NCBI GenBank assembly: GCA_027320085.1 | Contig: DAHVLZ010000009.1 | Location: 224,001 to 288,000 of the forward strand | Length of the DNA: 64,000 bases | Direction of reading: 5' to 3' | DNA from: Pseudomonadota bacterium | GTDB lineage: Bacteria > Pseudomonadota > Gammaproteobacteria > JAKAQQ01 | Shown here: positions 19,562 through 28,770 of the stretch, in pieces | Position numbering within the stretch: position 1 is the stretch's first letter | How the letters are laid out: each line of letters starts with the position of its first letter | Translations under genes and position numbers: made by a program | The notes under the pieces: model-generated | Told to the model about the DNA's origin: nothing | The model's database searches: none | What the model saw: the letters and a program-made list of their open reading frames with translations, nothing else

Positions 19562-20609
19562 TGTCACACGGTTGGCCCTAGCCGGGAAATCGACACCTCA
19601 TCGTCCCATCTGGCTAATGCGCCAAGCCGGCCGCTATCTGCCGGAATACCGAGAAATACGGAGCCGGGCCGGAAATTTTCTCACCCTGCTAAAAACCCCT
19701 GAACTTGCTGCCACAGTCACTCTTCAGCCCCTTGTCCGCTATGACCTTGATGCAGCCATCCTCTTTTCCGATATCCTGACCATACCCGATGCTCTGGGGT
19801 TGGGACTGGATTTTACACCCGGCGAAGGACCCCACTTCCATCATCCGATCGAACAACCGATTGATCTGGATCGTCTTGATCGCACTTTCCCGGATGCCAG
19901 CCTGGATTATGTTCTGGCAACCATCGAACAGATCAGAAGAGTACTCCCAGCCAACAAGCCTTTGATCGGATTCTCAGGTAGCCCATGGACTTTGGCGTGT
20001 TACATGATTGGGAATGGGCGAGCCCATGATTTCAGCGACGCTTGTCGCTGGCTTTACTCTTGTCCAGAGACCCTTCAAGAACTTCTGTCGCTGCTCACGG
20101 AACACATTGCACATCATCTCATCCATCAGATCGAGGCAGGAGTCGATATCGTAATGCTCTTCGACAGCTGGGGTGGTCTCCTGCCCGCTTCCCGGTATCG
20201 GGAGTTCAGCCTCAAACCGGCAACCGGTGTGCTTGAGCGTGTCGAGGCCCGCCATCCAGGGACTTTTTCCATCTTCTTCGCCCGAGGCGCCGGAAGCCGC
20301 CTCGAATGCCTAAGCGAGGTCCCCGCCCGTTGCCTGGGATTGGACAGCACCATCTCACTCAGTCACGCCCGCACTCTTTTATCCTCCTCCCATGCCCTCC
20401 AGGGCAACCTGGACCCTGCAGTCCTCTATGGTTCAACCACAAACATCCACCAAGAAGTTTGCCGGATGCTCGATGAAATGGAGGGAGAACCGGGATACAT
20501 TTTCAACCTAGGACATGGGATTCCGCAGGATGTCGATTGCGAAAAGGTGCGTTTTTTGATCGACACTGTCCATGAGCAATCCCGCGAAAGATCAAAACAC
20601 GGTCGCTGA
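19539..20609 (+). CDS. hemE: Uroporphyrinogen decarboxylase
   Basis: PIWLMRQAGRYLPEY, DAAILFSDIL, GFSGSPWTLACY, QGNLDP, IFNLGHGI. Confidence 0.96.
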   Translation: MTPNQDLDVTRLALAGKSTPHRPIWLMRQAGRYLPEYREIRSRAGNFLTLLKTPELAATVTLQPLVRYDLDAAILFSDILTIPDALGLGLDFTPGEGPHFHHPIEQPIDLDRLDRTFPDASLDYVLATIEQIRRVLPANKPLIGFSGSPWTLACYMIGNGRAHDFSDACRWLYSCPETLQELLSLLTEHIAHHLIHQIEAGVDIVMLFDSWGGLLPASRYREFSLKPATGVLERVEARHPGTFSIFFARGAGSRLECLSEVPARCLGLDSTISLSHARTLLSSSHALQGNLDPAVLYGSTTNIHQEVCRMLDEMEGEPGYIFNLGHGIPQDVDCEKVRFLIDTVHEQSRERSKHGR

Positions 20610-20801
20610 CCACTCGAGAATCCGGAGTACCCAGGGGATTCGTTCCCTAACACCCCAAAAGAAAAAAACGACGAGGCCCCCCAGACCCAGCAACAGCCAG
20701 ATGGTGGCGGGACTCGCGGATGAACCCGGCGAACTCTGACCCTGACTGAGAGGATCTCCTTCTGGAGAGGACTTCGGAGATGTGGTCGAGTGGGGCTCCA
20801 C
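20592..20801 (-). CDS. Small (69 aa) single-TM membrane protein
   Basis: GTG 2 nt after the aroE stop; Ser/Pro-rich N-terminus then IWLLLGLGGLVVFFFWGV; fills the hemE-aroE gap. Confidence 0.5.
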   Translation of the reverse strand: MEPHSTTSPKSSPEGDPLSQGQSSPGSSASPATIWLLLGLGGLVVFFFWGVRERIPWVLRILEWSATVF

Positions 20802-20803
20802 GT

Positions 20804-21652
20804 TCAGAGACTCCGTGATCTCAGCACATGATAAATCGGATCTGTGAGAGGCTTCCGCCCGGTCCACCGCTCGAAAGAGGCTGCTGCCTGCTCAACCAAC
20901 ATGCCGAGGCCGTCCAGGACTCGAGCCGCTCCTTTTTCCTGAGCCCACCGGGTGAACGGTTGACCTGCCCCCCCATACTCCAGATCGTACGCCCACGGAT
21001 GCTCCTTGAAGATGCTGGGGTCAAGGGCTGGAACTCGGCCGGAATGACCAGCTGAAGTGGCATTCACGATGAGACTCCAGCGGGTGGCAGCCAGCGAGGT
21101 TCCAAGGTCTATCACGGGAATCCGCGGGCTGCCAGTCTGGACAAAGTCCTCAACCAAGCGCGAACCCCGGGTCCGGTCACGAACAGCGAGACAGACGGTT
21201 TCACCTGCCTTAAGCAGCGCGTGGAGAATCCCTCTCGCCGCTCCTCCGGAACCCACAACCAAAACCGGATGTCCTTGACTCAGGAATCCGTGTCGTTCCG
21301 TGAGATCCGTCCAGAATCCAGTACCGTCAGTATTATCTCCTGCCCATCCGCCCTTGGTTCGAATGAGGACATTGACTGCCCGGCACCGGGCTGCCGCATC
21401 CGTCCATTCACAACACAGGCGAAACCCCGCTTCCTTGAGCGGCAAAGTCAGGTTGATTCCGGAAAAACCGGCCTCAGACCATTCAGCAAGACGCTCGGCA
21501 AGTTCTGTAAGGGAGGTTTCGGCCACTCGGTATTCCATCTGCAGATGGTGCTGCTCGGCAAATGCCTGGTGGATAGACGGCGAAAGGCTTTTTACGACCG
21601 GACGGCCCAAAAGACCCAGCCGCAAACGGGCTCCAAGCTCATATCTCACCAT
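20804..21652 (-). CDS. aroE: Shikimate dehydrogenase
   Basis: KSLSP.IH, GINLTLPLKE, AVN, NTDGTG, GSGGAARG, NATSAG, DGLGMLVEQAA; start at ATG 21652. Confidence 0.95.
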   Translation of the reverse strand: MVRYELGARLRLGLLGRPVVKSLSPSIHQAFAEQHHLQMEYRVAETSLTELAERLAEWSEAGFSGINLTLPLKEAGFRLCCEWTDAAARCRAVNVLIRTKGGWAGDNTDGTGFWTDLTERHGFLSQGHPVLVVGSGGAARGILHALLKAGETVCLAVRDRTRGSRLVEDFVQTGSPRIPVIDLGTSLAATRWSLIVNATSAGHSGRVPALDPSIFKEHPWAYDLEYGGAGQPFTRWAQEKGAARVLDGLGMLVEQAAASFERWTGRKPLTDPIYHVLRSRSL

Positions 21653-22730
21653 AATCCCGTGCCAGCCATGTCGCCACTCGCGGCGCAAAATAGGTGAGGA
21701 TTGCATTGGCACCTGCCCGTCTGATACACAGCAACGACTCCAGAATTGCCAATCGTTCGGGCACCCATCCCTTTTCGATTGCTGCCATAAGTAACGAATA
21801 TTCACCACTCACCTGATAGGCTAAGGTCGGGAAAGAAAATCGGTTTCGAACTTCCCGAATGATGTCGAGATAGGGGAGTGCCGGTTTGATCATGACGTAA
21901 TCCGCGCCTTCCGCGATGTCGAGTGCCACTTCCCGCAGTGCTTCCTCCCGGTTTGCCGGATCCAACTGGTAGGTTTTCTTGTCAGCCCGTCCCAAGGCAC
22001 GAGCACTGCCGATTGCTTCCCTGAACGGCCCGTAAAAACAGGACGCGTACTTGGCCGCATAGGCTAGAATCTGGATCTCACTCTTTCCCGCTTCCTCCAA
22101 GGCCATCCGGATCGCACCAATTCTGCCATCCATCATGTCTGAAGGAGCCACGATATCTATTCCACACCCGGCCAGACAGAGGGACTGACGGACCAAAGCT
22201 TCCACCGTCTCGTCATTGAGAATCCGTCCCTGCTCATCGACGATCCCGTCCTGTCCTGAGGGATGGTAGGGATCCAGTGCAACATCGGCGATAATACCGA
22301 GGTCCGGCAGTCGTTTCTTGAGCGCGCAAATCGCACGGGGGATCAAACCATCAGGATTCCAAGCTTCTCGTCCGTCGGGCTTTTTCAGTTCGGTCTCGAT
22401 ACAGGGGAAAAGGGCAATGGCACGAATTCCAGACTCAAACCATCCATCCGCCTCTTGCAGAAGTTCATCGATGCTCAAGCGTTCGATTCCGGGTAGGCTT
22501 GGGATGGGAATCCGTTGATGTGTCCCTTCCACAACAAAAGCCGGATAGATCAAATGCCCCGCTTCGAGCCTAGTCTCGCGAACCAACATCCGGGAAAAGG
22601 ACCGATTGCGCGTCCGCCTCAGACGGGTTCTTGGGAATCCGGCGTCTGATTTGGGAACGCCGCGTGAAGAAGGAGGGACCGTCTCAGCCATAGACCAGAG
22701 ACTCTTTGGATCTGGGGATATTTTAACCAT
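21639..22730 (-). CDS. hemB: Porphobilinogen synthase (Asp-rich, non-Zn metal-site type)
   Basis: FPRTRLRR, DVALDPY...GQDG, APSDMMDGRI, KYAS.FYGPFR, MIKPALPYLD, YQVSGEY. Confidence 0.97.
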   Translation of the reverse strand: MVKISPDPKSLWSMAETVPPSSRGVPKSDAGFPRTRLRRTRNRSFSRMLVRETRLEAGHLIYPAFVVEGTHQRIPIPSLPGIERLSIDELLQEADGWFESGIRAIALFPCIETELKKPDGREAWNPDGLIPRAICALKKRLPDLGIIADVALDPYHPSGQDGIVDEQGRILNDETVEALVRQSLCLAGCGIDIVAPSDMMDGRIGAIRMALEEAGKSEIQILAYAAKYASCFYGPFREAIGSARALGRADKKTYQLDPANREEALREVALDIAEGADYVMIKPALPYLDIIREVRNRFSFPTLAYQVSGEYSLLMAAIEKGWVPERLAILESLLCIRRAGANAILTYFAPRVATWLARDYGEI

Positions 22731-22991
22731 TTCACGGCGTCAGGCGATGTACCTTCCTAGCAGGGCATTGCCCGACCCCCCACCCATAACCCTGAGTCCC
22801 CGACCCTTGCTGTACATGATTAAGGAAATGGAAACCAGCAAAGTCAGCTTGCTGAGCTTGCGGGGCGTTTAAACACAAAAAATCTGTTAGCATGATCATC
22901 CGGCAGCTCTGTTGGTGTTGCCGGTTTGGGGGTAGATCACCACCCCTTTAATCTATTAGCTATACCCTCATCTGATCAGTGCCCCAAACCG

Positions 22992-23492
22992 ATGCTCGCC
23001 AAATTTCCGACCAGATTACTGCCTTTTATCGTCATTCTCGTAGCCACTCTTCAGCCGGCCTTGGCCCAAAACCATTTTCTTGTCGGCATCAACGGAGGGG
23101 AATCCTATGCATTCCGCGGCAGCAGCATTAGTTTTGGAGCCTCCTTGGGATACCGGATCCGGCGAGAGTTCGAGCTTGCGCTTAACTATTCCTCGATCCC
23201 ACACTATGAGATGACGATCGCAAGCCTGTCGGCCATAGGGCGATACCCGTTAGGCTCCCGGATCCATATCCTCGGACGGGTCGGAATTGCAAATTGGTAT
23301 GAGAGTCCTCTTGGAACCCAAGCGTCCGTGGTTTCTTCCGGGGTGGATCCGCTGGTAGGTGCCGGAGTATCTTTTCGGGTGGACCGAAGGATCAGTACAC
23401 GTATCCAGTATTTTTGGATATTCGCATCAAGCCACTCCGGACTGGGCGGAAATTTCCGGGGCTTTGGATTGAGCGCAATCTATCATTTCTAG
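22992..23492 (+). CDS. Small outer-membrane beta-barrel protein (OmpA-like TM domain)
   Basis: Signal peptide PALA|Q, alternating amphipathic strands, C-terminal AIYHF. Confidence 0.8.
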   Translation: MLAKFPTRLLPFIVILVATLQPALAQNHFLVGINGGESYAFRGSSISFGASLGYRIRREFELALNYSSIPHYEMTIASLSAIGRYPLGSRIHILGRVGIANWYESPLGTQASVVSSGVDPLVGAGVSFRVDRRISTRIQYFWIFASSHSGLGGNFRGFGLSAIYHF

Positions 23493-23582
23493 GCAGTCTG
23501 GTCTACTTACCCTCTAGCGGATGGTTTCACTTCCGACCGGAGGAGGTGGGATAAAGATAACCCACTATGCGAGACTTTTTCT

Positions 23583-24284
23583 TTGGAAAGAACCGCTACA
23601 AAAATATCCGCCCATACTGGAAAGCAATCGAATCAATCCAATCAGGCCATTGTGCGTTGTCCTTGGCCTGGCATTGAGGTACCTCTTTACCGGGACTACC
23701 ACGATGAAGAATGGGGAACACCCGTCTATGATGATGACCAGCGCTTGTTTGAAATGCTGATCCTCGAATCACAGCAGGCGGGCTTATCATGGCTCACCAT
23801 ACTCAAGCGACGTGAAGCCTACCGATCCCGCCTGCGTGGATTCAATCCGGAGTATCTGGCCTCACTTGATGAGAGGAGGCTCGACCGTCTGGCCGCAGAC
23901 GGTCAGTTACTTCGGCACCCGGGAAAACTCCTATCCCTTCGCCTCAACGCAAGGGCTTTTCTTGAGCTTAGTGCCCGGATAGGAAGTTTTTCCAAGTTTT
24001 TATGGTCACACTTCGACTTTCGGGTTCATACCCATCACTACGAACATCTGAAGGAAGTTCCAACAGAAACCCCCCAGTCTCGGGAGTTGGCTCGCGAGCT
24101 CAAGGGGCACGGGTTCCGGTTTGTGGGCCCCATCATGATTCAATCTTATCTTGAAGCTATCGGAATCTTCAACGATCACTTGGTCTCCTGCTTCCGCCAC
24201 GCGATGCTGAGTCCAGGATCCAGCCAGTCCCGTGGTTTCAGAAAAAAATCCCTCAGCCACCTTTCCGGCTCCCGATCATCGTAG
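23583..24284 (+). CDS. tag: DNA-3-methyladenine glycosylase I
   Basis: RCPW, YHDEEWG, LFEML.LE..QAGLSWLTIL, GFRFVGP, NDHLVSC; start uncertain. Confidence 0.93.
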   Translation: MERTATKISAHTGKQSNQSNQAIVRCPWPGIEVPLYRDYHDEEWGTPVYDDDQRLFEMLILESQQAGLSWLTILKRREAYRSRLRGFNPEYLASLDERRLDRLAADGQLLRHPGKLLSLRLNARAFLELSARIGSFSKFLWSHFDFRVHTHHYEHLKEVPTETPQSRELARELKGHGFRFVGPIMIQSYLEAIGIFNDHLVSCFRHAMLSPGSSQSRGFRKKSLSHLSGSRSS

Positions 24285-25126
24285 CAGGCGAGATCACGCC
24301 AGCCCGCGAATGGAGGCAGTGACATGAGAATGGAATCGACCCGTCCGTTCGACTGGAGCCCAAACAGAGTTCCTCGGTCGTAGAGCAGATTGAATTCCAC
24401 ATAGCGGCCACGGCGCAACAGCTGGAACTCCCGTTCCCGTTCGCTCCAGGGTTCATGCCGACGGGCGGCGAAAATCGGCAAGTAAGCATCCAGAAAACCC
24501 TGCCCCACAGTCGAAGCAAACCGGAGTGTCGTTGCAAAATCAGTGAGTTGGAGGTTATCGAAAAAGATCCCGCCGATGCCACGTGACTCTCTACGATGCT
24601 TGAGGTAGAAGTACTGGTCACAGTCAGCTTTGAACCGTGGATACAGTTCCTCACCGAAGGGACGGCAGAGATCGGCCGCCGTGCGGTGCCAATGAATACA
24701 GTCTTCAAGACGCGGGTAAAAGGGCGTCAGATCAAACCCACCCCCAAACCAGAAATGGGAGGGGATATCCCCATGACCTTCGGTCTCGATGTAGCGGACG
24801 TTTGCGTGAGAGGTAGGAACATGCGGATTGCGGGGGTGGACCACAACAGATACCCCGATGGCTTGGAACCGGGTTCCTGCGAGATGCGAGCGGTTCTCAA
24901 GAGCAGCTGGGGGAAGAGCCAAACCCTCAACATGGGAAAAATTCACACCCGCTTTCTCAAAACATTCCCCGTCGATCAGCAACCGGGACACACCCTTCCC
25001 ACCCTCTTCATGGGACCAAGAGTGCGCCTCAAAATGCTCTCCGGCCGCAACCGTCTCAAAGGCTTGGACGATTTTTGTACCCAAAGCTTCGAAACATTCA
25101 TGAACCTCGGCAGATTGCTGACTCAT
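24176..25126 (-). CDS. hemF: Oxygen-dependent coproporphyrinogen III oxidase
   Basis: FEKAGVNFS, HPRNPHVPTSHANVRY, WFGGGFDLTPFY, RRGRYVEFNL.YDRGT.FGL. Confidence 0.97.
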   Translation of the reverse strand: MSQQSAEVHECFEALGTKIVQAFETVAAGEHFEAHSWSHEEGGKGVSRLLIDGECFEKAGVNFSHVEGLALPPAALENRSHLAGTRFQAIGVSVVVHPRNPHVPTSHANVRYIETEGHGDIPSHFWFGGGFDLTPFYPRLEDCIHWHRTAADLCRPFGEELYPRFKADCDQYFYLKHRRESRGIGGIFFDNLQLTDFATTLRFASTVGQGFLDAYLPIFAARRHEPWSEREREFQLLRRGRYVEFNLLYDRGTLFGLQSNGRVDSILMSLPPFAGWRDLACYDDREPERWLRDFFLKPRDWLDPGLSIAWRKQETK

Positions 25127-25716
25127 CGGGTCCGTCCACCCGTTCGGATCACCCGCCCGGTCAGTGCGTCCCGAATTTCAGTCGGACCCTCCAGCATCCC
25201 AAGCACTCCTTCAACGATCCCGTCGAGACCGGAGAAAAAGTGGCCTTGGATTGCCTGGGCAGTTCTCAGGGGTTCCTGACCACTAGGATTGGCACTGGTT
25301 GACACAATCGGCATCGAGGCTGCCTGGGATAGAGCAGACGCCACAGGATGGCTGGTGACCCGGACAGCGACTGTATCGTGAGATCCCCGGATCCACGCCG
25401 GAAGCTCCGGATGAGCCGGCATGAGCCATGTGACAGGACCAGGCCAAGTCCCAAGCACTTGGGACCGCAGTTCCGGGTTCAATGGTTCGACCCACGGTTC
25501 GACCATGGAAAAATCTGAGGCCAAAAGAATCAATCCCTTTTCTGTAGATCGCCCTTTCAGTTTGAGAATCCGCTCCACCGCTGACCACTGAAAAGGGTCA
25601 CAACCCAACCCGAATACGCCTTCCGTAGGATAGGCCACAACTCCACCCTGGCGGATTATCCGCGCTCCTTCTTCAATACTCAAAAGACCTTTTCGTTCAA
25701 CAGTCATAGGGCCCAT
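25123..25716 (-). CDS. tsaC: L-threonylcarbamoyladenylate synthase (YrdC/TsaC)
   Basis: AYPTEGVFGLGCDP, LKGR...KGLIL, WPGPVT, AVRV, STSAN. Confidence 0.95.
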   Translation of the reverse strand: MGPMTVERKGLLSIEEGARIIRQGGVVAYPTEGVFGLGCDPFQWSAVERILKLKGRSTEKGLILLASDFSMVEPWVEPLNPELRSQVLGTWPGPVTWLMPAHPELPAWIRGSHDTVAVRVTSHPVASALSQAASMPIVSTSANPSGQEPLRTAQAIQGHFFSGLDGIVEGVLGMLEGPTEIRDALTGRVIRTGGRTR

Positions 25717-25735
25717 GAGTACTGGCCAACTGCAA

Positions 25736-28150
25736 TTAGGAAGAAGATGCCGGACGGACAGGTTTTCGTTTTGTTTGCGATATTTTTTTCTCGGTAGGCT
25801 GAGAAGATCCCTCTCTTGAATCTTTCTCCAGTTTCGGTTTTTTCCGCCCGTACCGGGCTGCCCGCCTCAGAGGCGCCTGCTCCAGAAGTTTCTGACATTC
25901 CTCAAGGCCAAGTTGGTCGGCCTGCTGGTCCTTCGGCACCCGGGCATTACGGGTCCCATCAGTGACATAAGGACCGTAGCGGCCATTCAGGATTTCAATT
26001 CCACCCTCGTACTTCCGAATCACCCGTTGTGCTAACCGGAGCCGGTCTTCTGCAATAAGCTCTATGGCCTGCTCATAACTGACAGTCATGGGATCGCGTT
26101 CCTTAAGGGAGATGTAATGGTCGCCGTACCGGAGATACGGGCCAAAACGTCCGAGACCTACACGGATGGTTTCCCCTTCGTTCGTTTTCCCGAGTTCCCG
26201 TGGAAGCTCGAACAACTTGAGCGCCTCTTCAAGCGTCAGCGTCTCGATCCGCTGGCCTGGACGCAAACCTGCAAAACGCGGTTTATCCTCATCGTCCCGA
26301 CTGCCAATTTGCACAAATGGACCAAAGCGCCCCATGCGTGCTGTCACAGGTTTCGCGGTGACTGGATCCATCCCAAGCTCACGGGCCTGAACTGCCTGGG
26401 CACGCGTTACATTGGATGAAACCACCTCGATGTTTTTTACAAAAGGCTCCCAAAACTGGTCCAACAAGTCTGTCCATTCTTTTTCACCACGAGAGATCTC
26501 ATCCAGCTCATCTTCCATCTGTGCAGTAAACCCGTAGTCGACATAGCGTGAGAAATGCTCCGTCAAAAAGCGGTTCACGATCCGTCCGATTTCGGTCGGG
26601 GTAAAGCGACGGTTCTGGTTTTCGACGTAACCGCGCTGTCGCAATGTTTCGATAATCCACGCATAAGTTGATGGGCGCCCGATACCATACTCTTCAAGCG
26701 TCTTGACCAGTGAAGCTTCGTTATAGCGCGGGGGTGGTTCGGTGAAATGCTGAAGCGTTTTGAGCTCGGCCATTGGCAGATTTTCGCCCACCTCAAGCTC
26801 GGGAAGACGGGTTCCTTCTTCTCCCGCTTGTCCTTCCTCCATAGTTTCCTGGTAAACCTGCATGAAACCCGGGAACCTGACCGTCGATCCGGTTGCCCTG
26901 AAGATACCCCGTTGGCCGGCGTCCAGCTCTACTTGGATATTTTCCAGAATGGCCGGCAACATCTGGGAGGCCATAGTCCTCCGCCAGATCAATTCATACA
27001 CATGCATCTGGTCCCGGTTTAGATGAGCCCGGATGGATTCCGGGGCTCGGACAACCGAGGTTGGACGGATAGCTTCGTGCGCTTCCTGGGCATTCTTGGT
27101 CGTCGTCTTGTAGGTTCGCGGGGTTTCGGGAAGCACCGAGGCTGAAAATCGCGACCGGATACATTCCCGAATCTCACCGATAGCCTCCGCAGACAATTGA
27201 ACCGAATCGGTCCTCATATAGGTAATCAGCCCGACAGACCCTTCGCCCAGGTCAACTCCCTCGTAAAGTTGCTGGGCGATCTGCATCGTCCTCCGAGCCG
27301 AAAGTCCGTAGCGGCGCGCGGATTCCTGCTGCAGGGTAGAAGTCGTAAACGGTGGAGCCGGCTGTCGTCTCCGTTCCTTGGCTTCTCGCGTCAGAACGGT
27401 CAGGGAACCTTGAGATGCTTCCCATAACGAGGCTCGGACACGTTCGGTCTCTTCGGCATTCGGCAGATCGTAGGGACCGAGTTTCCGGCCCTCGAACTGC
27501 ACTAGACGGGCCAAGAACGGCTTGCCGTTTTTTTCAAGGGGAGCTTCAATTGACCAGTATTCACGGGGTTCAAACCGCTCAATTTCTTCTTCGCGTTCCA
27601 CGATAAGCCGCAAGGCCGGACTTTGTACTCTCCCTGCAGACAGACCCCGTTTGATTTTGCGCCAGAGAAGTGGAGAGAGATTAAATCCGACAAGATAGTC
27701 GAGTACCCGCCGGGCTCGTTGCGCATTAACGAGTTCCATCAGGAGACCTCGTGGATGCGCCAGCGCCTCGCGAATCGCAGATTCTGTAATTTCGTGGAAA
27801 ACAACCCGTTGAACCGGAATGTCGGGCAGCTTTTTCGTCTCTCCGAGCAACTGGCACAGATGCCAGGCAATCGCCTCACCTTCCCGGTCTGGATCAGTCG
27901 CCAGCCACAGGCGGTCTGTCTTTTTCAGTGCCTTTGCGATCTGGTCAACATATTTGCTATTTCTGGCGATGGGTTGATAGGTCTGGGCGAACGCGTGCTG
28001 TGTATCTACCGCCCCCGAGCGGGGGACAAGATCCCGGACGTGTCCATAGGAAGCCAAGACTTCAAAGCCCTGACCTAGGTATTTCTGAATGGTCCTGGCC
28101 TTGGTCGGTGACTCAACAACCACCAGCTGACGCATCAGGTGATCCTGCAT
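25736..28150 (-). CDS. topA: DNA topoisomerase I with Cys-free C-terminal repeats
   Basis: VVESPTKA, ATDPDREGE, SAGRVQS, ITYMRTD, AHEAIRP, GIGRPSTY; three GR(F/Y)GP(F/Y) repeats and a basic tail. Confidence 0.97.
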   Translation of the reverse strand: MQDHLMRQLVVVESPTKARTIQKYLGQGFEVLASYGHVRDLVPRSGAVDTQHAFAQTYQPIARNSKYVDQIAKALKKTDRLWLATDPDREGEAIAWHLCQLLGETKKLPDIPVQRVVFHEITESAIREALAHPRGLLMELVNAQRARRVLDYLVGFNLSPLLWRKIKRGLSAGRVQSPALRLIVEREEEIERFEPREYWSIEAPLEKNGKPFLARLVQFEGRKLGPYDLPNAEETERVRASLWEASQGSLTVLTREAKERRRQPAPPFTTSTLQQESARRYGLSARRTMQIAQQLYEGVDLGEGSVGLITYMRTDSVQLSAEAIGEIRECIRSRFSASVLPETPRTYKTTTKNAQEAHEAIRPTSVVRAPESIRAHLNRDQMHVYELIWRRTMASQMLPAILENIQVELDAGQRGIFRATGSTVRFPGFMQVYQETMEEGQAGEEGTRLPELEVGENLPMAELKTLQHFTEPPPRYNEASLVKTLEEYGIGRPSTYAWIIETLRQRGYVENQNRRFTPTEIGRIVNRFLTEHFSRYVDYGFTAQMEDELDEISRGEKEWTDLLDQFWEPFVKNIEVVSSNVTRAQAVQARELGMDPVTAKPVTARMGRFGPFVQIGSRDDEDKPRFAGLRPGQRIETLTLEEALKLFELPRELGKTNEGETIRVGLGRFGPYLRYGDHYISLKERDPMTVSYEQAIELIAEDRLRLAQRVIRKYEGGIEILNGRYGPYVTDGTRNARVPKDQQADQLGLEECQKLLEQAPLRRAARYGRKKPKLEKDSREGSSQPTEKKISQTKRKPVRPASSS

Positions 28151-28167
28151 AGGAGTGCTGCGTTTCT

Positions 28168-28671
28168 TCAATGAAGAAATCCCCATTCATTCTGAAACAG
28201 GATGGTCTCGGCCCAGACCGAAGCACTCTCTGATCCACAGCGCCCACGTAGGACGTACAGAATGATCCAACGGAGATCGTTGTCGTCAAGAGGTCCCATG
28301 CCAAGCGCCGTGACTCGTTCAATCACAATCTCGCGCTGAAGCGCATTCAGGACACCCATTTCCTCGAGCATCAGGAGGAGGCCACATCCGGAAAGCCCTA
28401 ATACCTCGACCTCTTCCTGTGTATAACTCCGCTGTACCTCAACGGCAGAAGCAGATGTTTCGTTCTTCAATTCCAGAAACCCATGGGTTTCAATCTCGTC
28501 CAGTTCACCCAACCACTGCAACGCTCCTTTGGCTAGCTCTTCACTAAATCCGGCGGTTTCCAGCCCCGCGGAAACCGAATCGAGGTCTGTGAGAAGAGAC
28601 CCGCCGGTTCCGTTATCTGAAAAACGCCATTCGTACAGAAAGGCCAAGACATCCACGACCCGATCATTCAT
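28168..28671 (-). CDS. smg: Smg (DUF494) protein
   Basis: VVDVLAFLYE, L..AGF, AL.WL..L, RSYTQEE, LE.MGVL...QREIVIER; upstream of topA. Confidence 0.9.
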   Translation of the reverse strand: MNDRVVDVLAFLYEWRFSDNGTGGSLLTDLDSVSAGLETAGFSEELAKGALQWLGELDEIETHGFLELKNETSASAVEVQRSYTQEEVEVLGLSGCGLLLMLEEMGVLNALQREIVIERVTALGMGPLDDNDLRWIILYVLRGRCGSESASVWAETILFQNEWGFLH

Positions 28672-28770
28672 GAATCTACCTCTTCACGCATTGCACGGGT
28701 ACGGGAGTGCCATGGGGTATGGCACAAACCCCCGACCTCACCGTCTCCCCGATTCAAACCCCGTTTCCCA

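Noticed and set aside
25736-26400. TopA lacking zinc-ribbon Cys motifs
   Set aside because: Cys-free C-terminal repeats are a known TopA variant.
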